A DNA stretch of 62,054 bases from Caldisericaceae bacterium. Lineage in GTDB: Bacteria > Caldisericota > Caldisericia > Caldisericales > Caldisericaceae. Position 1 is the first letter of the stretch; each line of letters opens with the position of its first letter. The translations under genes were made by a program, and so were the position numbers. The stretch covers positions 1 to 62,054 of the forward strand of contig JBMFRX010000007.1 of the NCBI GenBank assembly GCA_049967855.1, read 5' to 3'. The notes beneath the pieces are model-generated. The model worked only from the letters and a program-made list of their open reading frames with translations, ran no database searches and was not told the origin of the DNA. Positions 8,465 through 18,316 of this stretch are shown here, piece by piece.

Positions 8465-9966
8465 ACCAACTCACCCCCTATATAAGTTGCCAAAACTTTT
8501 CTTTCTAAAATTTTATCACTTAGCAAAGAATTATCAAGCAGTACAAAATCGGCAAGAAAATTCTCCTTAAGTTCGCCAAGATAGGATTCGCTAAATGATG
8601 CATATGCTGCCCCCAAAGTATAAGCACGGAGCGCTTCTTGCAAAGGAATGGTTTCTTCCTGAAGGTACACAAGGCCACTATCGAGAGTCTTTCTATAGGA
8701 AGCCGCATACATTCCTATGATAGGATTAGCATCCTCTACTGGCGCATCAGAGCCAAACGCAATAACTTTGCCTGCACTCTGAACTGTTCTCCAGGCATAG
8801 GCATATCTAAAGTCACTCATAAATTTCTTGTATAAATAGTAATCCGAAATTGCATGAATTGGTTGCATAGAGGCAATAAAATTTGTATCACGAAGGAGTT
8901 CCAGGTCGCCAGTGTCGATGAACTGAAGGTGTTCTATTCTGTTTCTCATAGCAGGGTTAGAGTAATTTTTCAGCGTTCTTAGGGCAATGTTTACAGCTCC
9001 GCTACCTATTGCGTGCACGGCCACCTGGATGCCATTAGTATTTGCAAGCATAACAATATTCTTGAACTCTTCTTCGGCCATAGTAAGTAAACCCTTGAAC
9101 GGGAAAGCATTTTTCATATAAGCCGTCTGAGAGCCAAGGCTCCCGTCAAGGAAACACTTTACTGCCCCTATTTTCAGCTTCTGGTCTCCTTCATTTGTTC
9201 TGACGCCTTCTTTAATGAATTCATTCAAGTATTCTTTCTGAATTCCCTGCACTACCCTTAGATTCATATTATCTTTTTCTAATTTAAGTATGTTATAAGT
9301 ATCAAAATCAAAGTTTACAATTGAGGTAATTCCCCTGCTTAAAAAGTAAGTTTCATCCTTTTTCAACATTTCTATGGAATCTACAGACTTCCTCAAATTC
9401 TTTACAAGGCTTATTGCATTGTCTTTAAAGACACCTGCAAATGAACCATTTACGTAGAGAAGCCCGCCACCTTCTACATCCTCTATTCTTATGTTTTTCT
9501 CGTTCAGGAGAGCCTTGCTCACAAAAACAGAGTGTTCGTCCCTGCTTTGAATGAAAACCTTAAGATTACTCTCAAATAGGTTAACGAATTCGCTCTCATT
9601 AATCTTGTTAAAATCAAGATTATAAACAAAAATTGATGATTCTTTCTTTCCCTTCAGTAGTTGCTTAAGCTCAGTAAAATCCGAAACATCCGTTGCATCA
9701 ACCGAGGAAAGAAGCAAAGCAAGCTGAGAAAGGTGCACGTGTGCGTCAAAGAAAGAGGGATACACAAAACCGTCAAGGAACTCCTGGCGTGCAAAAGGAT
9801 ACCGTTCTTTTATTTTTTCTGTCGCTCCAAGCAAGGTAATCTTCCCGTTCTCTGTAACAAAAGAAATTCCACTTTCATCACTGCCGTTTACATAGACAGC
9901 TTTTGGGGTAAAAATCCTAATTTCTCCCAATAAGTTGACACTTTGCTTACGAAAATTATCTTCCAA
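8452..9966 (-). CDS. Metal-dependent amidohydrolase (YtcJ-like, Amidohydro_3)
   Basis: DAHVH, K.FLDGSLGS.TA, VHAIG, RIEH, FGSDAP, YTLGAAY, ADFV. Confidence 0.9.
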   Translation of the reverse strand: MEDNFRKQSVNLLGEIRIFTPKAVYVNGSDESGISFVTENGKITLLGATEKIKERYPFARQEFLDGFVYPSFFDAHVHLSQLALLLSSVDATDVSDFTELKQLLKGKKESSIFVYNLDFNKINESEFVNLFESNLKVFIQSRDEHSVFVSKALLNEKNIRIEDVEGGGLLYVNGSFAGVFKDNAISLVKNLRKSVDSIEMLKKDETYFLSRGITSIVNFDFDTYNILKLEKDNMNLRVVQGIQKEYLNEFIKEGVRTNEGDQKLKIGAVKCFLDGSLGSQTAYMKNAFPFKGLLTMAEEEFKNIVMLANTNGIQVAVHAIGSGAVNIALRTLKNYSNPAMRNRIEHLQFIDTGDLELLRDTNFIASMQPIHAISDYYLYKKFMSDFRYAYAWRTVQSAGKVIAFGSDAPVEDANPIIGMYAASYRKTLDSGLVYLQEETIPLQEALRAYTLGAAYASFSESYLGELKENFLADFVLLDNSLLSDKILERKVLATYIGGELVWMR

Positions 9967-11245
9967 GTATAAAACTCTCCTCTCCTATATGAAGGTTCAC
10001 AGAGTATATTCCAGGTATCTCTGTAAAAGAAAGGGCTACCTGCCTCTTGATTATTTCTAGATCACCGGCACTGGGCACCAAGCCAAGATCGATAGTCAAA
10101 TTAAGTAAGCCTTTACTGATAGATTTATCTGTAATCTTTGCCCTTTTAGAAATCTTCGTGGCAATAGAACTGTCAGAAGGAGTTTTCAAAAGAGCAAACA
10201 GGGTGTCAATATTGTAATCCTGGCAAGGAGTGGGCAAAGGTGCATAGAATTCGTTATCATCAAGTTCAAACAAATAGTAGGGAACGAGAATTTTACTTCC
10301 ATTTGCAAGGAACCTGCCAATTGGAGCGTTAATACTTACACTTCCAAACAGCGAATCTAAAATGTGTCCTCCTACCTCTATTTGAACACTTTGAACGTCA
10401 GGAACCTCTGTAAGAGTATCAACTATTGCTTCCACAAATAGCATCTCAAGGTGAGACCCAAGAGGATTTTTGAGAACTGTGTCACTTAGGTCTACTAAGG
10501 CAACGCCTCCTGATTTAATCGAAAAGCTGATGCAGTTTACATTCTGATATAAATTTGGCAACCCATAGTAAGAACCTCTAAAAAGCTCGTGCAAAATACT
10601 TTCACAATTCTTAGTAGGGTCTTGCTCATAAATAATTTCCCTTTGTTCCACAACGAGCATCTTAAAATCTGGTGTAGGAAAAAACAAGTTGACTTTTGTT
10701 GTCTTAGGAAATGCGCCATCATAGTGAGAAACTGGTTTTTCAATTGACACAAAATTTGCAAAAACACTGGCATTTTGACCGTTCAAAGCAAATTTGACTG
10801 AGTCAATCCCGTCAATTTCAGTGAGAGTATTTGCTATGCCATAAACTGCTGCATATTCGCTGTAAAGCGAAAGCTTCTTCAGCAGACTGGTATCCACTTT
10901 GAGATTGATGAAGCAAGTTCCATCTGAAACATTAGACGAAAGCAGTTGCACGCCTTGCGGAATCACTGAAAAAAGACTGTTATCTGGCGGATTGAGCATT
11001 TTATCAAAAACATTTAGAATAAGAAGCGATTGCGTTGCACCTGATACGTATTGCTTTGAGGGAACAAGTTCGTGGACAATTGGGTCATAGTAATATATGT
11101 TTATTAACTTTCTGCTGCTATCACTTCTCGATTTAACTGCAACGTAAATTGAAACACTCGAAAGAATAAACAACAGAACAAACACAACGGCCACAAGAGA
11201 CGATGTATGTTTTTTCTTTTTTGTTGTCAGGTCTTCTATTTTCAT
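9956..11245 (-). CDS. Membrane-anchored protein with about three GerMN domains
   Basis: Single N-terminal TM helix; repeated I.NTLTE...I.SV motifs (IANTLTEIDGIDSV, IVDTLTEVPDVQSV, ALSFTEIPGIYSV). Start placed at ATG 11245 after AAGGA. Confidence 0.8.
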   Translation of the reverse strand: MKIEDLTTKKKKHTSSLVAVVFVLLFILSSVSIYVAVKSRSDSSRKLINIYYYDPIVHELVPSKQYVSGATQSLLILNVFDKMLNPPDNSLFSVIPQGVQLLSSNVSDGTCFINLKVDTSLLKKLSLYSEYAAVYGIANTLTEIDGIDSVKFALNGQNASVFANFVSIEKPVSHYDGAFPKTTKVNLFFPTPDFKMLVVEQREIIYEQDPTKNCESILHELFRGSYYGLPNLYQNVNCISFSIKSGGVALVDLSDTVLKNPLGSHLEMLFVEAIVDTLTEVPDVQSVQIEVGGHILDSLFGSVSINAPIGRFLANGSKILVPYYLFELDDNEFYAPLPTPCQDYNIDTLFALLKTPSDSSIATKISKRAKITDKSISKGLLNLTIDLGLVPSAGDLEIIKRQVALSFTEIPGIYSVNLHIGEESFILGR

Positions 11246-11424
11246 TCGCATATCCTTTGCAATGAGAACTCTCCAAAGATTATTATAGCGAAAAATAGAC
11301 AAATAAAAATCTTTTTTGGGCTTTTCGGTTTAAAGAACGGTATTCTCAAATCATTAGTTGGAAACTTGCCAATAGTGATATACTTATACATAGAAACAAG
11401 ACGCAAAGGAGAAAAATAATAGAA

Positions 11425-11994
11425 ATGTTTTTGATAATCGGTTTAGGCAACATTGGTAAAGACTATGAACTGACCCGTCACAATATAGGCTTTATGGTTG
11501 TAGACCTGCTTGCTAAAAAATGGGGGGTTCGCCTTAAAACAATGAAACATTCAGCAATCTTTGGAAAAGGCCTTGCGACTTATGGCGGATTTGAGGAAGA
11601 AGTAGTACTCGCCAAACCTCTAACCTATATGAACTCGTCTGGAAGAGCTGTTAAACCGCTTGCAGATGCCTTTTCAGTGATGCCTAACCACATAATAGTA
11701 ATACATGATGACGTCGACCTGGCACTTGGAAGAATGAAAGTTAAGGTGCGAGGAAGTAGTGCAGGGCATAAGGGAGTAAGCTCTATTATGGAGCTCGTTA
11801 GCGATGATTTTGTGAGAATACGAATAGGCATCGGAAGGCCTCAAGAGAAGAAAGATGTCCCAGACTATGTATTATCTCCGTTCGCCTCCCAGGAATTTCC
11901 AATTGTTAAAGAAATGATTAGTCTTGCGTGCGATTCCGTTGAAACTATTATCTTTAAAGGAGTTGAAGAGGCTTCTCGCAATTTCAACAGATGA
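11425..11994 (+). CDS. pth: Peptidyl-tRNA hydrolase
   Basis: IGLGN..Y..TRHNIGF, KPLTYMN.SG, HDD.DL, GH.G, RIRIGIGRP. Confidence 0.97.
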   Translation: MFLIIGLGNIGKDYELTRHNIGFMVVDLLAKKWGVRLKTMKHSAIFGKGLATYGGFEEEVVLAKPLTYMNSSGRAVKPLADAFSVMPNHIIVIHDDVDLALGRMKVKVRGSSAGHKGVSSIMELVSDDFVRIRIGIGRPQEKKDVPDYVLSPFASQEFPIVKEMISLACDSVETIIFKGVEEASRNFNR

Positions 11995-14900
11995 AATTTG
12001 AACAGTTATTAAAGCATTCAGAAACTTTAATCAATTTTCTGAATAAAGAAAACCGCGTAAGAATCTACCCAAATTACGATGTAGTCATAGATGCTATTGT
12101 TAACGAATTTGATAAAAGAAACATCCTGATAATTGCTAACGGAGAAAGTGAAGCGGAGAAAATTTCTCGGGTTTTGAAGTATGCACTCTTAAACCCTGAA
12201 TTCGGTTGCTACCCTTACGAGATAGACTTTGTTGAGAAGAGTAAAGTTGAAGCTAAAATGCAATTTCTAAGCAAGTTTTACAACCACAAAAGCCGCGTTG
12301 TCCTCATATCAACGCTAAAGGGGATGTTTGACCCAATATTACCAGAGCAATTTGTGTCAAGCTTAAAGCTCACCATAAATATGCCAATGAAAGAGCAAAC
12401 TCTCATTAAACATCTTTCCAGGTTTGGATTTAAGAGAGTTGTTGAGTCAGAAGAAAGAGGGGAATTTTCAGTAAAAGGCAACATAATAGATTTATACTCC
12501 TTTAGTTATAGCGACCCTATAAGAATAGTTTTTGGATTTGAAGGAACAATAGAAGAGATAAAATTCTTTGACATAAACACGTTCAAGTCATTCAAGACAA
12601 CAGATGAAGTTGAGATTTTTCCTGCTTCTTACTATAACCTGCTTGACGAGAAAACAATGAGAAACTTTGAAAAAGCAGTTCAAAACGAGCTTAAAGGAAT
12701 TGACAACGAGTATCTTAGCGATTCAGTTCAAAAAGACCTTGAAGAAATCAGAAAGATTGATAACTTTGGAATCAATTTTTACTTCAAATACATACTGAAA
12801 GGCAAGAATTTTGTTTTTCCAACCCTTTTTGATGAAACAGATGACTTCATAAAAGTTTCTGCGGGAGACTTAAAGTTTGCAGATTTCTTAAAAGAGACTA
12901 AAGAGATTTATGAGAATAATTTGAAGACGATGGAAACCCTTAGTGCAGATATCGGGGCAATAGAAAAAACATTCAAGACAATAGAACAAGGCAAACTCAT
13001 TGAGCTAACCAGCCTGCCAAGAGAAAACACAATAGAGCTTCCAATCACCAATGAGCCACGAAATTTTCCTTTTTTCACAAGTTCAATAAAAGATTATATT
13101 CTTGCAACAACAAAACAAAGGGCTGTTCTTATTGCAACTGAAGAGGTTGAACGCGTTAGAGACCTCTTGAAGATGTATGAAATTTTCCCAAACGAGGGGC
13201 TGCCAAAAAAAGAAACTGGACTTTACCTGATAAACCAACACTACGAGAGAGGCGTTGAAACAGATACTATGGTGCTTCTCACGGATAGGGAAATATTTCT
13301 GCAAAAAGAGCCTCAAATATTAAAGAGGCATGAGCAACCAGTCTCGGTAAAGAAAATAACAAGTGTTGAAGAATTAGCCGATGGTGACCTTGTGGTACAT
13401 AGAGATTTTGGAATAGGCATTTTCAGAGGACTCATAAAACTGAATACCGATGGGACAAAAGAATATCTGAATGTGGAATACCGCGACGGGGAAAAACTTT
13501 ATGTTCCTCTTGAACGGATTGGTTTTGTGGAAAAGTATATCGGCGACAAACATTTTGTTCCACTTACAAAACTTGGTGGGAATGAGTGGAGGCTTTCCAA
13601 AGAAAAAGCCAAAGAAAGCACAAAAGAACTTGCCAAGAAGCTTCTTCTAATACAAGCCCAAAGAAAACTGAACGGAGGTTTTGCGTTTAAGGCTTATCCA
13701 AACGAGGAACGGATTCTTGCTCTTTCTTTCCCGTATGAACTTACAGATGACCAGGAAACTGCGCTTTCGGAAGTGTACAACGATATGGAATCAAGCGAGC
13801 CAATGGATAGGCTCATTTGTGGCGATGTGGGTTATGGAAAAACAGAGATCGCCGTGAGAGCTGCATTTAGAGCAGTGTTAAATGGTAAACAAGTGGCGGT
13901 GCTTGTGCCCACAACAATCCTTGCAATGCAGCACGAAAGGACTTTCAGAGAAAGATTGAGGCTTTTCCCTGTTGAGATAGCTTCGCTTAGCCGCCTTGAA
14001 GATACAAAAAGCATCAAACAAACCCTTGAAAAGCTTAAAGACGGAACTTTAGACATAGTGGTGGGGACTCATCGACTGCTTTCAAAGGATGTGAGTTTCA
14101 AGGACTTGGGGCTTCTAATTGTTGACGAAGAACAGAAATTTGGGGTCAGAGATAAGGAGAAAATCAAGGCGTTAAGGGCAAACATTGATTTGCTTACACT
14201 GACTGCAACTCCAATCCCGCGAACACTTCATTCAGCCCTTATAACTTTAAAATCAACATCGCTCATAATGACAGCCCCATCTGGAAGAATTCCAGTAAAA
14301 ACTTTCGTACTTCCCTTCAGCAAGGAAATACTCCAAAAAGCAATCAAAGATGAACTTACAAGAGGTGGGCAAGCCTTTGTAGTTCACAATAAGATTGAGG
14401 ACATTTTTTCTTTTGCACAGATGATAAAATCCCTTGTGCCTGAAGCCAAAATTGCAGTTGCACACGGAAAAATGATTCCAAGCGAAATAGAAAAAATAAT
14501 GATTGACTTTTATGAAGGAAACATCAATGTCCTTGTTTCAACTACAATAATTGAAAATGGGCTTGATATACCAACAGTAAATACGCTGATAGTTGACAAT
14601 GCACAGAATTTTGGACTTTCGGAGATGTACCAGTTGAGAGGAAGGATTGGAAGGTCTTCTGTGAACGCCTTTGCGTACTTCTTTTACGAAGAGCAACTTT
14701 TAAGATCAATCGCAGAAGAAAGGCTTGAGACAATAAAGGAATTTTCGGGGATGGGGGCTGGCATAAAAATAGCAATGAAAGACTTAGAGATTCGCGGAGC
14801 AGGGAATATTCTCGGAGCAGAGCAACATGGACATATCGTTTCTGTTGGATATAATATGTATGTAAGTCTTCTTGCCGAAGCTGTAAGCGAACTTAAAGGA

Positions 14901-15362
14901 GAAAAACATCCCGAGTTTGTTGATGTGCCCGTGCGTCTAAACGAAAGCTTCTACATAGAGGAAGCCTATATCAAGGCAAATATCGAAAGAATAAACTACT
15001 ACAAACGCATAACCTCTGCAAAAAACCCAGAAGAATTGCAGAACATAAGAGACGAAATGGTTGACCGTTTTGGAGAACCAAGCAAGAACATCGATAATCT
15101 CCTTACAGTAGGTGCAATAATGGCTATTTCAAAGTCAATTGGGGTGAAGGAAATCTTCCAGGAAGGCCGAAGAGTGTTCCTGTCAATATCGAAAAACAAT
15201 GCCGTCTCTATAGAAGGTGTTCAAAAAATCCTTCAAATAAACCCTTCTGCAAGAATTGGAGAAGATTATATCTCATTTGAGGTTAAAGGTTCTCCTTTGA
15301 AAGAAACATTAACCGTGCTAAACTTACTAAACGGAGAAAAATATGCAAGAGTGGATAATTGA
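11991..15362 (+). CDS. mfd: Transcription-repair coupling factor
   Basis: CarD-like RID (VVH..GIG.F.G), DRLICGDVGYGKTE, DEEQKFG, TATPIPRT, QLRGRIGRS, TRG motif DLEIRGAGNILG. Confidence 0.97.
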   Translation: MKFEQLLKHSETLINFLNKENRVRIYPNYDVVIDAIVNEFDKRNILIIANGESEAEKISRVLKYALLNPEFGCYPYEIDFVEKSKVEAKMQFLSKFYNHKSRVVLISTLKGMFDPILPEQFVSSLKLTINMPMKEQTLIKHLSRFGFKRVVESEERGEFSVKGNIIDLYSFSYSDPIRIVFGFEGTIEEIKFFDINTFKSFKTTDEVEIFPASYYNLLDEKTMRNFEKAVQNELKGIDNEYLSDSVQKDLEEIRKIDNFGINFYFKYILKGKNFVFPTLFDETDDFIKVSAGDLKFADFLKETKEIYENNLKTMETLSADIGAIEKTFKTIEQGKLIELTSLPRENTIELPITNEPRNFPFFTSSIKDYILATTKQRAVLIATEEVERVRDLLKMYEIFPNEGLPKKETGLYLINQHYERGVETDTMVLLTDREIFLQKEPQILKRHEQPVSVKKITSVEELADGDLVVHRDFGIGIFRGLIKLNTDGTKEYLNVEYRDGEKLYVPLERIGFVEKYIGDKHFVPLTKLGGNEWRLSKEKAKESTKELAKKLLLIQAQRKLNGGFAFKAYPNEERILALSFPYELTDDQETALSEVYNDMESSEPMDRLICGDVGYGKTEIAVRAAFRAVLNGKQVAVLVPTTILAMQHERTFRERLRLFPVEIASLSRLEDTKSIKQTLEKLKDGTLDIVVGTHRLLSKDVSFKDLGLLIVDEEQKFGVRDKEKIKALRANIDLLTLTATPIPRTLHSALITLKSTSLIMTAPSGRIPVKTFVLPFSKEILQKAIKDELTRGGQAFVVHNKIEDIFSFAQMIKSLVPEAKIAVAHGKMIPSEIEKIMIDFYEGNINVLVSTTIIENGLDIPTVNTLIVDNAQNFGLSEMYQLRGRIGRSSVNAFAYFFYEEQLLRSIAEERLETIKEFSGMGAGIKIAMKDLEIRGAGNILGAEQHGHIVSVGYNMYVSLLAEAVSELKGEKHPEFVDVPVRLNESFYIEEAYIKANIERINYYKRITSAKNPEELQNIRDEMVDRFGEPSKNIDNLLTVGAIMAISKSIGVKEIFQEGRRVFLSISKNNAVSIEGVQKILQINPSARIGEDYISFEVKGSPLKETLTVLNLLNGEKYARVDN

Positions 15363-16503
15363 AAACGACTTTTCAGTGAGTGACAAAGCCGAAAATGCAT
15401 TTAGCATAGTCAGGGCATTGATTAGCCTTGATGAAGGAGTCGGAGTAAATGCATTCAAGAGGACTGATTTAGAGGTTAGGTCAATTCCATTGAAGGGATA
15501 CGAATCAGAGCGCACATTAATAATCTACACTGATTTTCTAAACAGAGTTGGTTTCCCTTTCGCTCTTGTATCATCCTGCAATAAGAGCCTTTTCACTGCA
15601 TCCGCAATGTTGCTTATCCACAGAGGATTCTCGCTTGAGGAGGCAGTCGGGCTCGCTAAAAGCAAAACAGATTATACTCCTGAAAGCCTTGACAAAAGAG
15701 AACTTATTGGCTATGAAAAATATGCTGTTCTTTTTGACCTGAACAAAGAAGCCAAGAAGATTTACGAAATTACCGAGCTTGTACGCCTTTTGAGAAATGA
15801 ATGCCCTTGGGATAGGGAGCAAACCCATCAAAGCCTTGTTCCTGAATTGATTGAGGAATCACTTGAGCTTTCAGAGGAAATTAAAAGGCAAAATAATAAA
15901 GGAATTGAAGAAGAACTTGGAGACACACTTCTGCAGATTATATTTCATACTGTCTTAGGCGAAGAAGATGGAGCGTTTGATATTTCAGGTGTAACCGATG
16001 TCCTCTTTGAGAAGCTATTCGTAAGGCATCCGCATGTTTTTGGAAAATCAAAGGTTGATGAAAGCAGACAGGTACTTGACCAATGGGAAAACATAAAGAA
16101 AGCAAAACACAAACAAAAGGGAATAAACATCTCAAAAATACTTTCAAGTTTCATAACAACAGTTGACTCCCAGGAATTTGCAAGAATTGAGGGTTTTGAT
16201 TTTTCTAATGTTAACCAGATTCAAGAGAAAATCTCAGAAGAACTTGAGGAAACGAGGGAAGCACTGGCAAAAAATACAAACGTGAGAGAAGAAGTTGGAG
16301 ATTTGCTGTTTTCCGTAATCAATCTGGCAAGGTTTCTGGAAATTGACCCTTCACATGCCCTGTTTCTGTCAATGAACAAGTTTGAAAAGCGCTTCGCGGA
16401 AATGAAAAAACGCTTCCCTAAAATCAAGGATTTGAACGAAGCTCAGGCAGATAAACTCTGGAGGGAAATAAAGAAAGATGAAGAACCCAGAGAACACCGA
16501 TAA
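15343..16503 (+). CDS. mazG: MazG nucleoside-triphosphate pyrophosphohydrolase with an extra ~130-aa N-terminal domain
   Basis: CPWDREQTH.SL..LIEE, EELGD.LLQ, RHPHVF, EEVGDLLFS..NLAR. Confidence 0.9.
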   Translation: MQEWIIENDFSVSDKAENAFSIVRALISLDEGVGVNAFKRTDLEVRSIPLKGYESERTLIIYTDFLNRVGFPFALVSSCNKSLFTASAMLLIHRGFSLEEAVGLAKSKTDYTPESLDKRELIGYEKYAVLFDLNKEAKKIYEITELVRLLRNECPWDREQTHQSLVPELIEESLELSEEIKRQNNKGIEEELGDTLLQIIFHTVLGEEDGAFDISGVTDVLFEKLFVRHPHVFGKSKVDESRQVLDQWENIKKAKHKQKGINISKILSSFITTVDSQEFARIEGFDFSNVNQIQEKISEELEETREALAKNTNVREEVGDLLFSVINLARFLEIDPSHALFLSMNKFEKRFAEMKKRFPKIKDLNEAQADKLWREIKKDEEPREHR

Positions 16504-17533
16504 GAAGAAACTATTCAGAGAAACTTTTTTTGCTGTTATAGCAGGTGTTTTGGGAATTATCATTGTTTCCTTTTTTACGCACAATTTCAACATTGTTAGC
16601 TCAATAAAAGCCTTTAAGCCATCTCTCCTTGGGTTGTCATTTGTTTTGATGCTTGGCAACTGGCTTCTTGAAGCATATACACTCGAAATTGTAGCAAACG
16701 CAGTTGGATACAGGCTATCCTTCAGGGAATGTGTTGACCTGTTTCTGGTAGGAGGTTTCTTCTCAAGAATTACTCCGTTTGGGGGAGGCGGGGGAGAACC
16801 TGCCCAGATAATTGCCCTGGCACAAAGAGGTGATATAAAGCCGGGTGATTCTGCTGCTATCGTAGGCATAAAAGTCTTCATAAGCACATTTGTAAGAACT
16901 GCTGTTCTTGCTCTTTTGCCAGTCTGGCTTCTCATTTCAAAATCAAGCTGGAATTTGTCAGAGAACACAAACATGCTAATAGACGTTGGAATTGCAATAT
17001 CACTTGTACTTTTTTCTATTTTCATTCTTGCACTCTTCAAACCAGAATTCGTTCAGTCAATTGCCAATAGAATTCTCAAGTCAAGTCTTCTAAAAAGGTT
17101 TTTCCCTGAGAAAAGGACTTCTGTTTGGTTTGATAAACTGAAGAAAATCGTACAGGATTTTAAAGACTCTCGCAATAAATTGTTCTCCTCAAAGAAGACA
17201 TCGATATATTGGACATTCTTCCTGAGCTTTGTCTCATATGCTTTTGTGCTCTTGACTCCTGTCGTACTGATGAGAGGCCTTGGGGTAACATCCCCCTGGC
17301 CTGAAATAGTAATAACGGCTCTTATATTTTATGCCTCCTCTTCATACATACCAACGCCAGGTGGAAGCGGCACTGCAGAACTGGAGATGCTTGCATTGTT
17401 TGCAAGGTTAATTCCTGCTCCACTAATAGGTGTCTTCATTCTAACCTGGAGACTTTTCACTCACTATTTTCTCTTGCTTTTTGGCGGAGTTTTCACTTTG
17501 CGAAAGTTCAAGAAGAAAAAAGATAACTCTTGA
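16478..17533 (+). CDS. Lysylphosphatidylglycerol synthase TM-domain / flippase-like protein (UPF0104)
   Basis: FFSRITPFGGGGGEP, PTPGGSGTAE, WRLFTHY; polytopic membrane protein. Confidence 0.85.
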   Translation: MKNPENTDKKKLFRETFFAVIAGVLGIIIVSFFTHNFNIVSSIKAFKPSLLGLSFVLMLGNWLLEAYTLEIVANAVGYRLSFRECVDLFLVGGFFSRITPFGGGGGEPAQIIALAQRGDIKPGDSAAIVGIKVFISTFVRTAVLALLPVWLLISKSSWNLSENTNMLIDVGIAISLVLFSIFILALFKPEFVQSIANRILKSSLLKRFFPEKRTSVWFDKLKKIVQDFKDSRNKLFSSKKTSIYWTFFLSFVSYAFVLLTPVVLMRGLGVTSPWPEIVITALIFYASSSYIPTPGGSGTAELEMLALFARLIPAPLIGVFILTWRLFTHYFLLLFGGVFTLRKFKKKKDNS

Positions 17534-17539
17534 ACTTAG

Positions 17540-18277
17540 TTAAACACCACTGAATAAACGCTCGCCAAGGAAAACTGGAAGCCCTGCTTTCACAATTTTC
17601 TGGTAGGTAGTTTCAATATCATAAGAAAAACGCCGAATCTCTATGCTTCCCTCCTCAGAGTCAAAAACCGTGAATGCGCCTTTCGGATTACCGTCTCTCG
17701 GCTGCCCAACGCTTCCCACATTTATTAGATATCTCTTTGTGGGTTGGATTTCAAACTGAAGTCCCTTTACGCCTGAGACAAATTTTACGTCGCCTTTCTC
17801 ATCCATAATGTAAGCGCCAGGAATATGCGTATGCCCAAAGAAACCGATACTGCCATTCATATTATTAAAAGACCGCCAGGCTTCATAGTCCGACAAAATA
17901 TAGGTAAAAGGGGAGGATTTTTCAAGAGACCCGTGAAAAACGATAAAGTCTCCTTGATTAAAGGTGAGTTTTAGGCTCTTAAGATAAAGCGCATTCTCAT
18001 AAGAGAGAGTTTGCCGAGTCCATTGTATCGCTTCCCTTGCGTACTTGTTGAACAAGTTTTCCGAATCAATGTCATTAACAGCAAGGTCATGGTTTCCTAA
18101 TACAGACATTAGTGAACGACTTTTTACAAGACCCGCGCACCTGTCTGGGTCTGGGCCATAGCCTACGATGTCCCCAGCACAGATTATGGCATCAATATGA
18201 GCTTCGTCAATTAAGGATAAGGCTCTATGAAGAGCCTCAAGATTGCCGTGAATGTCAGATATGAAAGCGTATCTCAT
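17540..18277 (-). CDS. Calcineurin-like metallophosphoesterase
   Basis: SDIHGN, GDIVGYG, GNHD, HGS, GHTH, NVGSVGQPRDG. Confidence 0.92.
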   Translation of the reverse strand: MRYAFISDIHGNLEALHRALSLIDEAHIDAIICAGDIVGYGPDPDRCAGLVKSRSLMSVLGNHDLAVNDIDSENLFNKYAREAIQWTRQTLSYENALYLKSLKLTFNQGDFIVFHGSLEKSSPFTYILSDYEAWRSFNNMNGSIGFFGHTHIPGAYIMDEKGDVKFVSGVKGLQFEIQPTKRYLINVGSVGQPRDGNPKGAFTVFDSEEGSIEIRRFSYDIETTYQKIVKAGLPVFLGERLFSGV

Positions 18278-18316
18278 AACAAAATTATACGGAGAAGGCG
18301 GATTTCACAGCAACGA

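Noticed and set aside
16369..17040. 223-aa antisense ORF and the many other short antisense or overlapping ORFs in the track
   Set aside because: They are shadows of well-supported genes on the other strand or frame, with no motifs or SD.
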